Program-made: the position numbers and the translations under genes | The notes under the pieces: generated by a model | What the model was told of the DNA's origin: nothing | Databases searched by the model: none | What the model saw: only the letters and a program-made list of their open reading frames with translations | NCBI GenBank assembly: GCA_965218435.1 | Contig: CBDCKW010000009.1 | Span: 1,824,001-1,888,000 of the forward strand | Reading direction: 5' to 3' | Length of the DNA stretch: 64,000 nt | Source: Truepera sp. | GTDB taxonomy: Bacteria > Deinococcota > Deinococci > Deinococcales > Trueperaceae | In this document: in pieces, positions 19,396-28,992 of the stretch | How positions within the stretch are numbered: position 1 is the first letter of the stretch | How the letters are laid out: each line of letters opens with the position of its first letter

Positions 19396-22300
19396 TCAAG
19401 CTCGTCGGTGTTTGGTGGCTCTGGCCGCGAGGAGGCCGCCCCCCAGGACGAGCAGCCCCAGCCCTACGCCTACCGCCACCGGGCTCGGCCCTGTTTTGAC
19501 CTGGCGGTTATAGTTACGGCGTTCGGGGTAGGGTTCGGGGGCACGGTCCCCTTCGTGGAGCGCCAGCTGCAGAACTTGCGCGAGGTGCATCCCTTGGCGG
19601 TCGGTCGCGCCTTCCGTCTGCTCTTTGCACGAAAAGCCGTCCATGATGATGAGCGTCTCGTCGTTGGCTTCACGAATTTTCGGGAGCAAGATGCGCTCGC
19701 CCGCCCGCATCGAGATATCGTACTTCTCCTGCGAAAAGCCGAACGACCCGGCCATCCCACAACAGCCCGCGTCGAGCACGTCGAGGTCTAAATCCATCTT
19801 TTTTAAGACGGCGATTTCCGCGTCCATCTTCATAATGGCTTTGTGCTGACAGTGCCCGTGCACCACGGCTTTGCGCTTTAGTTTCGGCGGCACGTACTGC
19901 TGCCGCTCCAAGTATTCGCTCAGCATAAAGGTGCTGTGCGACAGGCGTTTGGCGTCTTCGTCGTTAGGGAACAAGTTGACCAACTCGTCGCGAAAAGCTG
20001 CCACGCAACTCGGCTCGAGCCCCACAATCGGCACCCCGTCCCGTAAATACGGGCGCAGCACCCCAATCGTTTGTTGCCACAACTTTTCAGCTTCGTCCAA
20101 CATCCCAAAGTCGTACAAGGGGCGACCACAGCACAAGGGGCGCGGCGGAATCTCGACGGTGTACCCGGCTCGCTCTAAAACCTCAACGGCGGCTTTGGCC
20201 GCTTCGGGTTTGAGGTAGTTGTTAAAAGTGTCAGGCCAGAGCAGCACGCGCTCCGTGGTGAAGGGTTTAAGCCCGGAGATCAAGTTGAGCTTTTTGCCGT
20301 CGCCGTGGTGCGGCATCGACGAGGTCGTATAGGTGTCGTGCCGTGAGCGGGGCAGGTCGCCGTAGTCGAGCGGCTCACTCTCGTCCGTGCGCGGCGCGTC
20401 GGGCTTATAGGTAAAGGTGCGGGCGCGGAACCACTCGGTAAAAGATTGTGGGGCAAAGCTCGGCATGGTGCGTTCTTGGGCAATGCCGCCGAGACTCTTG
20501 ACGACCGAGGCAAACGGCGGGGTTTGAGTAAAAAAGTTGGCTAAGGGCGCAATGGGTTTGGCAATCCGTGCCCACCAGTAGATCAGCCCCATCGTGTACG
20601 CTGTCACCGGGCGCAGTTTGCCTTCGTAGTAGTGCGATAAAAATTCGGCTTTGTAGGTGGCCATATCTACATTCACCGGGCACTCGTTTTTACAGGCTTT
20701 GCAGGCGAGGCAGAGCTCGAGCGCGTCCTTCACGCTGTCGTCGTGCCAGCCGTCGGCGATCACGTCGCTACGGAGCATTTCAAAAAGCAGCCGCGAACGC
20801 CCCCGCGTCGAATCTTCCTCTTCGCGGGTGACCATATACGAAGGGCACATCGTCCCGCTCTCGTCGCTACGGCACTTGCCGACGCCCACGCAGCGGTTGA
20901 CCGCGTTGGCAAACGAAAAGTTATCGTCAGGATACTTGAAGTGCGTTACAACCTGTTTTGGCGTGTAGTCCGGCCCCGTCCGCAGGTTTTGGTCGGGTTG
21001 ATAAGGCGAGACGACCTTGTGCGGGTTCATCTTGTTGTCCGGGTCCCAGATGCGCTTAAACTCACCGAACGCGTGAACGAGGTCGTCGCCGTACATAATC
21101 GGCAACAGGGCGGCCCGCGCCTGCCCGTCGCCGTGCTCACCTGAAAGCGAGCCGCCGTATTTGACCACCAAGTGCGCCGCCCGGTTGAGAAAGTCCAACC
21201 ACTGCCGGACGCCCTCCTCACTGTGGAGGCCGAAGTCAATCCGGCAGTGAATACACCCCTGCCCGAAGTGACCGTAAAGTGAGCAGTCGTAGCCGAATTC
21301 GTCGAGCAAATCGCGGAAGTCGCGCAGGTATTTGCCGACGTTTTCCGGCGCGACCGCTGCGTCCTCCCAACCGGGGAAAAACTCGGGCAAACCGGGAACG
21401 TGCGCCGTCGCCCCTAACCCCGACTCGCGCACCTGCCAGAGCTGATCTTTTTCCCACTCGTCGGTATAGAGCTTCATGCTCGGCGCGTCGTCCTGCTCTT
21501 TCAGCTCGTCCATCAGGTTGCGGGCCTGCGCTTCAGCATCTTCTTTTTTATCCGCGCCGAACTCAACGAACAAAAAACCGCGACCCTCAGGCAGCATCTC
21601 GATATCGTTGGGGTGCATCCCCTTTTTTTGCATATAGCCGATCAGTTTGTGGTCGAGCCCTTCGCAGCCGGTCGGTTTGTGTTTCATCACCAAACTCGCG
21701 TGGTCACCCGCTTCGTACACACTCGGGTAACCGAGTACGACCAAGACGCGCTCGGGGAGGTAGTGCTGCAGTTTGACCTTGGCTGACAAGACGACGACAC
21801 AGGTGCCTTCAGAACCGACCAAAGCTTGCGCGACGTTGAAGTCGTGCTCGGGCAGCAAGTAGTCGAGGTTAAAGCCCGACACGCGGCGCGGGATGTCGGG
21901 ATAGATTTTACGAATCTCGTCGGCGTGGGCGTCGCGCAGCCGTTTGAGGTCGGCGTAAAGCTGTCCTTTGCGGCCCCCGGCGGCGATGATTTTTTCCAGT
22001 TCTTCATCGCTCGTCGCTCCGACGCTCAGGCGTTCACCGTCATAGGTCACGATGTCCAAAGACTCGACTTGGTTGACCGTCAGCGGGCCGTGGCCGTAAA
22101 ACTGCGCCATTACCGAGTGGATACCGCACGAATTGTTCCCGATCATCCCGCCCAGGGTGTTGTAGGCGTGGGTCGCCGGGTCGGGGCCGTAGGTCAGCCC
22201 GTACTTCGCTTGCGCCTTCGTGCGGAGCGTATCCAAGATACACCCCGGCTGCACGGTCGCCGTCTGCGCGTCGGGGTCAATCTCCAAAACCTTATCCATA

Positions 22301-22698
22301 TATTTGGAAAAGTCGAGGATGACTGCGACGTTGGTGGTCTGCCCGGCCAAACTGGTACCGCCGCCACGTGAGGTAATCGGCGCACCGTATTTACGGCAGA
22401 GCCGCACCGTTTCGGTGACGTCGCGCTCGTCTTTAGGTAGCACGACTCCAATCGGCACCTGCCGGTAGTTTGAGGCGTCGGTCGAGTAGGTGCCGCGGCT
22501 ACCTGTATCAAACCGCACCTCACCGCGGACGGCGGCGCTCAGCTCGTCGGCGAGGGCTTGGGCGTAGTCGGGTTGGTCGGCTGTAAAGGTACGCTCCGGT
22601 TTGACGGTCCGCATCCCCGTGTAGTGGGTGTAGCCCTGTTCGTGCGCGACGACCGGCAAGCTAAACCTGTCTTGTGATTTTGACTGAGGTTGATCCAT
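19396..22698 (-). CDS. FAD-binding and (Fe-S)-binding oxidoreductase (YdiJ/GlcD-GlcF-like fusion)
   Basis: RGGGTSLAGQ, GEHGDG, CVGVGKC, CLACKACKNECP, CCG domains, C-terminal TM anchor. Confidence 0.9.
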   Translation of the reverse strand: MDQPQSKSQDRFSLPVVAHEQGYTHYTGMRTVKPERTFTADQPDYAQALADELSAAVRGEVRFDTGSRGTYSTDASNYRQVPIGVVLPKDERDVTETVRLCRKYGAPITSRGGGTSLAGQTTNVAVILDFSKYMDKVLEIDPDAQTATVQPGCILDTLRTKAQAKYGLTYGPDPATHAYNTLGGMIGNNSCGIHSVMAQFYGHGPLTVNQVESLDIVTYDGERLSVGATSDEELEKIIAAGGRKGQLYADLKRLRDAHADEIRKIYPDIPRRVSGFNLDYLLPEHDFNVAQALVGSEGTCVVVLSAKVKLQHYLPERVLVVLGYPSVYEAGDHASLVMKHKPTGCEGLDHKLIGYMQKKGMHPNDIEMLPEGRGFLFVEFGADKKEDAEAQARNLMDELKEQDDAPSMKLYTDEWEKDQLWQVRESGLGATAHVPGLPEFFPGWEDAAVAPENVGKYLRDFRDLLDEFGYDCSLYGHFGQGCIHCRIDFGLHSEEGVRQWLDFLNRAAHLVVKYGGSLSGEHGDGQARAALLPIMYGDDLVHAFGEFKRIWDPDNKMNPHKVVSPYQPDQNLRTGPDYTPKQVVTHFKYPDDNFSFANAVNRCVGVGKCRSDESGTMCPSYMVTREEEDSTRGRSRLLFEMLRSDVIADGWHDDSVKDALELCLACKACKNECPVNVDMATYKAEFLSHYYEGKLRPVTAYTMGLIYWWARIAKPIAPLANFFTQTPPFASVVKSLGGIAQERTMPSFAPQSFTEWFRARTFTYKPDAPRTDESEPLDYGDLPRSRHDTYTTSSMPHHGDGKKLNLISGLKPFTTERVLLWPDTFNNYLKPEAAKAAVEVLERAGYTVEIPPRPLCCGRPLYDFGMLDEAEKLWQQTIGVLRPYLRDGVPIVGLEPSCVAAFRDELVNLFPNDEDAKRLSHSTFMLSEYLERQQYVPPKLKRKAVVHGHCQHKAIMKMDAEIAVLKKMDLDLDVLDAGCCGMAGSFGFSQEKYDISMRAGERILLPKIREANDETLIIMDGFSCKEQTEGATDRQGMHLAQVLQLALHEGDRAPEPYPERRNYNRQVKTGPSPVAVGVGLGLLVLGGGLLAARATKHRRA

Positions 22699-22716
22699 TT
22701 GTGCTCCTTTACACCG

Positions 22717-23802
22717 CTAGACCGCGTAGGGCGCGGCGTCCTGACGTCTAAACTCGAGCCCCAACCCCGGCCGTGACAAGTCGGGGATAAGGTGGCCGTT
22801 TTTTAGTTCGGGCAACCCGCCAAAAAACATCCGCTCAATTCGTGCATGGTCGTGAAAGTATTCCAAGTGCATGGTGACCTTGGCCGAACACCCCGGCTGC
22901 ACGTGCAAGCCGGGCGCACAGTGCGACGAGAGTGACAGCTCGAACGCTTCGGCTAGATGCGCGACTTTGAGCCAGCCCGTGATTCCGGCGCAGCGCGTGC
23001 AATCCGCTTGCAAAATGTCTACCGACTGTTCTTCCAACAGCCGCCGAAAATACGGCAGGTCGTAACCGTACTCGCCCACCGTGATGGCCATCCCTGCCGG
23101 GGCGCGGTCCCGCATCAGCCGCAGGCCCACATGGTCATGGGAAACAACCGGTTCTTCAAACCAGGTGACGTAGTAGTCAGTAAATTTTTCCGCAAACGCG
23201 AGCGCCTCTTTGCGGGTGTACGCGCCGTTGGCGTCCACATAGAGTTCGGTGTCCGGGCCGATGGCGTCTCGAGCCGCTTTGACGCGCTCTAACTCGCGCC
23301 CCCGCCCGATCTTCATCTTGACCTTCGTCATCCCCTCCGTCACCCAACCGCTGAGCTGTTTTTGTAAGGTGTCGTCGTCATACGAGGTAAAGCCGCCGCT
23401 GCCGTAAACCTCTACGCTGTTTCTCGAGCGCCCCAGTAAACTCACCACACTCTGCCCCAACAGCTTGCCTTTAAGATCCCAAAGCGCGTTGTCTACCGCT
23501 GAAATCGCCATGCTGCTGACGCCCCCGCGCCCCTGATTACGGACAGCGTGGACCATCGCGTTCCAAGTCCCGGGAATGTCGAGAGCGTCCCGGCCTTTGA
23601 CAACTCCGGCGAGCAGTTCTTCGATAAACTTGCCGGTGGCGGCGCTCGCGTAGCTGTAGCCGAGGCCGGTCTTACCGCCAGCCGAGACCTCGACCAAAAC
23701 AAGGGTCGTGCTGTCCCACTTGAGGGTGCCGTCCGATTCGGGTCGGTCGGTCGGGATTTTATAAGCGGAGACTTTTAGGTCAGTAACCGTTGTCTCGTCC
23801 AC
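22717..23802 (-). CDS. Enolase superfamily (mandelate racemase/muconate lactonizing-like) enzyme
   Basis: AVDNALWDLKGK, KVKMK, VDANG, FEEP, GEY, SSHC. Confidence 0.9.
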   Translation of the reverse strand: MDETTVTDLKVSAYKIPTDRPESDGTLKWDSTTLVLVEVSAGGKTGLGYSYASAATGKFIEELLAGVVKGRDALDIPGTWNAMVHAVRNQGRGGVSSMAISAVDNALWDLKGKLLGQSVVSLLGRSRNSVEVYGSGGFTSYDDDTLQKQLSGWVTEGMTKVKMKIGRGRELERVKAARDAIGPDTELYVDANGAYTRKEALAFAEKFTDYYVTWFEEPVVSHDHVGLRLMRDRAPAGMAITVGEYGYDLPYFRRLLEEQSVDILQADCTRCAGITGWLKVAHLAEAFELSLSSHCAPGLHVQPGCSAKVTMHLEYFHDHARIERMFFGGLPELKNGHLIPDLSRPGLGLEFRRQDAAPYAV

Positions 23803-23804
23803 CG

Positions 23805-25643
23805 CTACCGCTCGTCGTCCCTCTGCCTTTTGCCACCCCCGATATGTAAGGCGTTTTTAACCTTTTGCACTTCCTCGGCAGTAAGCGATAAAGCCGATTC
23901 TTTAATCACTCCCCACTCGTTAGGGTCCCACTTGAGGAGCGCCTCGGCGGTGTGCAGCGCGTATTCTCTCGAGATGTGTGGCGGCAGCGGCGGGGTGTTT
24001 TTGTCGGTGTAAAAGTCGAGGAGCGTCACACCCTGATGGGCAAACGCTTCATCCCAGGCCGACGCCACGTCTTTAGGATCGGTCACCTTGACGCCCTTAA
24101 AACCCAAGACTTCGGCGTAAGCGGCGTAGTCCATCGTCTCGACCGCTTGCGAACCGGGCCAACGCGGATTGCCGTCTTCGGTGCGCATCTCCCACGAGAC
24201 CTGTGTGAGGTCGTCGTTGTGTAAAACCAGGATGATGAACTGCTTGTTCTCCCAGGTATCCTGATATTTTTTGATGGTGATCAGTTCGTTCATCCCGAGC
24301 ATCTGAAACGCACCGTCGCCGATGGTGCAAACTACGGTGCGTTCCGGATAGGCAAATTTGGCCGCCACCGCGTAGGGCATCGCCGCGAGCATCGTCGCCA
24401 GACGCCCGGACAGGTCGCCCATCATCTCTTTGCGTAAGCGGATATGGTGACCGTACCAGTCGGCGGTCGAGCCCGCGTCACAAGTCACGATGGCATTGTC
24501 GGGCAGCCGTTTGTTGAGTTCTAAAAAGACCAGGCGGGGGTTGACCGGGTTCGCCTCGACCTGCGCGAGGGCGACCATGATGTCTTCCCACTGCTGCATC
24601 TTCGTGCTGATTTTGTGCTGCCAGCTCTTGTCGTCTTTTGGCTCAATATACGGCAAGAGCGCCTGAAGGGTTGGCTTGACGTCACCCCAAAGGTTAAGGT
24701 CCATCGGGTAGCGCAAGCTGAGGTTGGTGGGTCTGAGGTCAAGCTGAATCCCTTTGGCCTGCCCCGTTTCGGGTAAGTACTGGCTGTACGGATAGTTCGA
24801 GCCGAGCATCAGCAGCGTGTCACACTCTTTCATGATGTCGGAACTCGGCAGCGTCCCGAGCAAGCCGAGCTGCTGCGTGTGATAGGGCACGTCCGCCGAG
24901 ACGACCTGCTTACCGCGCAGCGCCGTCACGATACCCGCACCCGTTTTTTCAGCCAGCGCGACGATTTCGTCGCCCGCTCCCTTTGAACCGTGGCCGACGA
25001 GGATGCCCACCTTTTGACCGGCGTTGATGATCTCAGCGGCCTTTTTAAGCTCGTCCTCCGGCGGGATAAACGAGGTCGAGGGTGCGCCGACGCCGCTCCG
25101 CGCCACCCACAGCTGCATCGCCGGTTCTTTCATCTCCAGTGCCTGAATATCGTGCGGGAAGATCACTACGCACGGCTGCAACTGCGTTTTCGCCACGCGA
25201 AAGGCGCGGTCGATCACCGCTTGCGCCTGCATCGGCGTGACGATAGTCTGCACGTAAGCGGCGACGTCGCTAAAGGTTCGCTCGAGGTTGCTCTCTTGCT
25301 GCACCGACGTACCAAACGAGTCAAGCCCCTGCTGACCGACGATGGCCACGACCGGCTGGTTGTCCATCTGTGCGTCGTAAAGCCCGTTGAGCATATGAAA
25401 CGCACCGGGGGAAGAAGTCGCCATACAAACCCCGACTTCGCCCGTAAACTTCGCGTGTGCCGTCGCCATCAGCGCACAGATTTCTTCGTGGGTCGGCCTG
25501 ATATAAGAAATAGGTAGACCTTCACGGTCGGCCCGCCCCAACGCGCCGTCAAGTGCGCCGATACCGTCACCGGGGAAACCGAAGATTCGAGATACCCCCC
25601 AGTCAATCATCCGCCGAATAACAAAATCACTAACTGTAGCCAT
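23805..25643 (-). CDS. Thiamine pyrophosphate-requiring enzyme (pyruvate oxidase/PoxB-like)
   Basis: GFPGDG, HEE, SSPGAFH, GDGAFQM...LHN TPP-binding motif. Confidence 0.9.
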   Translation of the reverse strand: MATVSDFVIRRMIDWGVSRIFGFPGDGIGALDGALGRADREGLPISYIRPTHEEICALMATAHAKFTGEVGVCMATSSPGAFHMLNGLYDAQMDNQPVVAIVGQQGLDSFGTSVQQESNLERTFSDVAAYVQTIVTPMQAQAVIDRAFRVAKTQLQPCVVIFPHDIQALEMKEPAMQLWVARSGVGAPSTSFIPPEDELKKAAEIINAGQKVGILVGHGSKGAGDEIVALAEKTGAGIVTALRGKQVVSADVPYHTQQLGLLGTLPSSDIMKECDTLLMLGSNYPYSQYLPETGQAKGIQLDLRPTNLSLRYPMDLNLWGDVKPTLQALLPYIEPKDDKSWQHKISTKMQQWEDIMVALAQVEANPVNPRLVFLELNKRLPDNAIVTCDAGSTADWYGHHIRLRKEMMGDLSGRLATMLAAMPYAVAAKFAYPERTVVCTIGDGAFQMLGMNELITIKKYQDTWENKQFIILVLHNDDLTQVSWEMRTEDGNPRWPGSQAVETMDYAAYAEVLGFKGVKVTDPKDVASAWDEAFAHQGVTLLDFYTDKNTPPLPPHISREYALHTAEALLKWDPNEWGVIKESALSLTAEEVQKVKNALHIGGGKRQRDDER

Positions 25644-26035
25644 TTGACTCTCCCCTCGAGTGCTGGCGTGCGCTATGTGCCAAAGCGTAGGCCCACCTAA
25701 AACCGGGCAACTGTAGCTTTATTTACGGTTCAAACCGAATGCGGCTGTAGAGAGGTTGCCAGAGGTCTCGTCTCAAAGCCCGGATACTTCTCAGAACCGA
25801 AGTCGTGTTCTGAATACTCGAGCCGCCTCTAAAAAGAGGACTCGAGCCCACCCCGGACACAACAAAACCCCGTACAAACACAGCTTAACGGGACTCTATT
25901 GACCTTTGCTTTTTCACGTTTTGAGCGCGTAAGAGCCGCTGGAGTCTTCGCCGAACTACTAGATTCTGACCTTCTTCCGTAAGCCACCCTGCAGACGCTC
26001 CAGCCGACGACAAATCGACACAACCCGGCTCAAAC

Positions 26036-26701
26036 TCAGCGGTAGTTGTGCAGGTCAACCTTGAAGCTGTACGCTCTGCCGCTGCTGTCGGTAAACTCGA
26101 GCGTTCCTTGCAGGTTTGCGACAGCTACACCCTGAGCCGCCAAAGACGCTAAATCAAAAGTGTAGTCAACATAACCTAACCACAAAAACTCGGTTTGTTT
26201 CCCCTGAACGGTATAGAAGTCTTTCGCCGGGCCGAACGTGTCGGCGTGCGCCGCCGACAAGGTGTTGCCCCCGGTTGTCAGGGTTGCCGGACTGAACTGC
26301 GAGAGAAAGTTCCGGTCTTTCTCTTCACCACTGGGCGCGTGAGCAAACGCGACGAAATGTACGGTGTTATTAAGCGCCTTCGCTTTCTGCTGAGCTTTAG
26401 CCGTCGTCAAACCGGGACCCTGATAGTGAGAAAGGTAACTCGCATACTGTAAACGCTCAAACGGTGTGCCGACGACCACGGCTTCGACCTCCCCTTCGTC
26501 GGGGGTAATGACCAGCGGGTCGGACACGTCGAAGAGTACGTAATCTTTAACCACGTAGCCGTGTTTCGGGCTGAGCATCGCTTTACCGGAACTGACCGCC
26601 GCCTGAACGTCTTTTTGCGACAGCACCGGCGTAAAGGCAACTGTCGCGCCTAAAAGCAACACGAAACTCAGGGTCGCCATACCCTTAACTATTTTCGTCA
26701 T
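26036..26701 (-). CDS. Secreted hypothetical protein
   Basis: N-terminal signal peptide, RBS AGGAGG; directly downstream of the PQQ dehydrogenase. Confidence 0.65.
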   Translation of the reverse strand: MTKIVKGMATLSFVLLLGATVAFTPVLSQKDVQAAVSSGKAMLSPKHGYVVKDYVLFDVSDPLVITPDEGEVEAVVVGTPFERLQYASYLSHYQGPGLTTAKAQQKAKALNNTVHFVAFAHAPSGEEKDRNFLSQFSPATLTTGGNTLSAAHADTFGPAKDFYTVQGKQTEFLWLGYVDYTFDLASLAAQGVAVANLQGTLEFTDSSGRAYSFKVDLHNYR

Positions 26702-26767
26702 AACCCTCCTTTGGGCAACTGAAGGAATCCCCCCAGTTGCCCGTTTGCTCTGGTTTGCTCGGCGGCG

Positions 26768-28819
26768 CTACTGGGGAAGCGCAAATAACAGCAGAGTTGC
26801 GGCGGCTCCTGTGTTGGGCGACCAACTGCGCGAAGCACCGTTCCCCGAGGCGACGGCGAGATACTGCTGACCGTCAAGCTCATAGGTAGAGATGCCCGCG
26901 CCGATAGGCCCGCCGGTATTAAAGCTGTAACGTACCTTGCCCGTCTTAGCGTCGAGTGCCACGAAGTTGCCGTTTAACTCCCCGGTAAAAACCAAACCAC
27001 CCGCCGTCGGCGTCAGCGCAGCAATCAGCGGTTGTTTCGCGTGGTACTGCCACAGCACTTTGCCGCTGGCCGCGTCGTAAGCTTGGAGCCAGCCGCTCGC
27101 TTTGGTGACCGGGTCGGGCGTATAGGTACCGCCGAAAAAGAGTTGACCTTTGGTGTAGCGTATTTCGCCCAATCGGTAGGTGGTACACCAGTCAACGCTG
27201 TTGACAAAGATGGCGTTGCCCTCGGGGTCGTAGGTAGGGCCGTACCACTCGACGCCGCCCGTAATCCCTGGACAAACGCGCGTACCGTCCTGGGTAGGCG
27301 CGACGTCGGCATTCTTAAACGACGTTGTTTTAACCTTGTAGAGCAACTTTTTGGTCTGGTCGTTATAGACGTAGAGGTGTCCGCCCTTGTTGGCAACGGC
27401 CATATAGGTAGTACCCCCTGACTGTCCCGAGGCGCTGCCGGATGACGGTTGCGAAAAAAGGATCGGCGCGGCGGCGGTGTCCCAGTCGTGAGAGTCGTTG
27501 GGAATCTGCTGGTAGTAGTGCTCGAGCTTCCCACTCTTCGCGTTGAGGACGATCACCGAGTTGGTATAGAGGTTTTTGCCCGGCCTGGACTGGGCGGAAA
27601 AGTCAGGCGAGGGGTTGCCGACCGGAACGTAGAGCAAACCGGTTTTCGCATCCAGAGAGTAAGAAGTCCAGTTCGAGCCGCCCCCCGTCGCAGCAGCGTC
27701 GGCGCTCCCGAAGGTTTTAGGGACGATTTCGCCAAACGACCACACCTGCTTACCGGTTTTGACGTCGAAGGCGAACATCTGAGCGTTCGCGCCCCAATCC
27801 GCGCCCGCCGTCCCCGTCAGGACGAGGTTATGCCAGACAATCGGCACTGAACTCAGGAAGTATCCCTGCGTAGAATCAACAGGCCGGATGTTCCAGAGCA
27901 GGTCACCTGTTTTAGCGTCCAGAGCGAGCAGGTGGGCGTCCGGCGTACCGCGAAACACGCGGCCTCCGGCAATCGCCACACCGCGGTTGACGGATATAGG
28001 CACCGGGCCTTGAGGCGTGTATTCGTAGCTCCAGACCTGCTTGCAGTTTTGCGCGTTAACGGCGTAGGTGTTGTTCCCTGTCGTCAGGTAGATGAGCCCG
28101 TCGTAAACGACCGGACTCGTCTGGTAAGAGATGTCCGCTTCCCCTAACTGAAGGATGCACTTGACCTGCAAGTTTTTTACGTTGTCGGTGTTGATCTGTT
28201 TGAGGCTCGAGTAACGCTGCCCGTTATAGCCTTTGTTATACATCAGCCAGCTGTCGGTGCTCTTAGCTGCGTTGGTCAGCTCTTGTTGTGAAGGGGCCTG
28301 CGTAGACGGCTGCGCTGGAGGTTGGTTGGCCTGACTGCTTTGCGTTCCGCCCGCTCCACCCGAAGCAGCGCCGCCCGAGCCCGCCCCACCCGACGCTTGG
28401 CCCTGATTCTGTCCACCCCCGGACGCCGAATTACCACTCCCGGAGTTGCTACCGCCGGAGCCGCTCGAGCCCGACCCGCTTGATCCTGACCCGCTGCGTC
28501 CCTGCGCGACCTGTTGGACGCTGACCTTGCCGAAATCGTTGCCCCAACTGGTACGAATATAGGTCGAGAGCGCAGCGATCTGTTTGTTTGAGAGCTGATC
28601 GAACGCGGGCATCCCGCCGCCACCGTGTAAAATCTGGTCGTAAGCCTTGCTCGCATCCTTGAGATTTTGGTCGCCCGCCAGCGCCGGACCGATTCCGCCC
28701 TTACCGTTGGCCCCGTGGCACCCCGAGCAGCCTTGCTGCGAATAGAGTTGTTCGCCATTTTGGGCAAACGTCAGACAAGTCAGGCTTATAACGACTGCTA
28801 ATGCCAGTGTTTTATACAT
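26768..28819 (-). CDS. Secreted cytochrome c-PQQ-dependent dehydrogenase fusion
   Basis: Signal peptide, CSGCH with GMPAF axial Met, Gly/Ser linker, WLMY...QRYSSLKQI, repeated AxDxxTGxxxW propeller motifs, GNPSP, CPG. Confidence 0.9.
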   Translation of the reverse strand: MYKTLALAVVISLTCLTFAQNGEQLYSQQGCSGCHGANGKGGIGPALAGDQNLKDASKAYDQILHGGGGMPAFDQLSNKQIAALSTYIRTSWGNDFGKVSVQQVAQGRSGSGSSGSGSSGSGGSNSGSGNSASGGGQNQGQASGGAGSGGAASGGAGGTQSSQANQPPAQPSTQAPSQQELTNAAKSTDSWLMYNKGYNGQRYSSLKQINTDNVKNLQVKCILQLGEADISYQTSPVVYDGLIYLTTGNNTYAVNAQNCKQVWSYEYTPQGPVPISVNRGVAIAGGRVFRGTPDAHLLALDAKTGDLLWNIRPVDSTQGYFLSSVPIVWHNLVLTGTAGADWGANAQMFAFDVKTGKQVWSFGEIVPKTFGSADAAATGGGSNWTSYSLDAKTGLLYVPVGNPSPDFSAQSRPGKNLYTNSVIVLNAKSGKLEHYYQQIPNDSHDWDTAAAPILFSQPSSGSASGQSGGTTYMAVANKGGHLYVYNDQTKKLLYKVKTTSFKNADVAPTQDGTRVCPGITGGVEWYGPTYDPEGNAIFVNSVDWCTTYRLGEIRYTKGQLFFGGTYTPDPVTKASGWLQAYDAASGKVLWQYHAKQPLIAALTPTAGGLVFTGELNGNFVALDAKTGKVRYSFNTGGPIGAGISTYELDGQQYLAVASGNGASRSWSPNTGAAATLLLFALPQ

Positions 28820-28992
28820 AGCTTTCCCTCAACCCTTTTCTCTATAACCTCATTTGGCATTTTTGCCAAGTATAAACCGGTTTACCGACTTTCAGACGAT
28901 ACGCACCTGAAAGGGGAAACTATGGCGACCAACCCAACCTCCTTTACATCCAGCATCGTCCTGCTGCAAGGACTAGAACTGTAACTAAAGCT

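Noticed and set aside
28330..28500. Low-complexity GC-rich repeat-like stretch
   Set aside because: Explained as the Gly/Ser linker of the cytochrome c-PQQ protein
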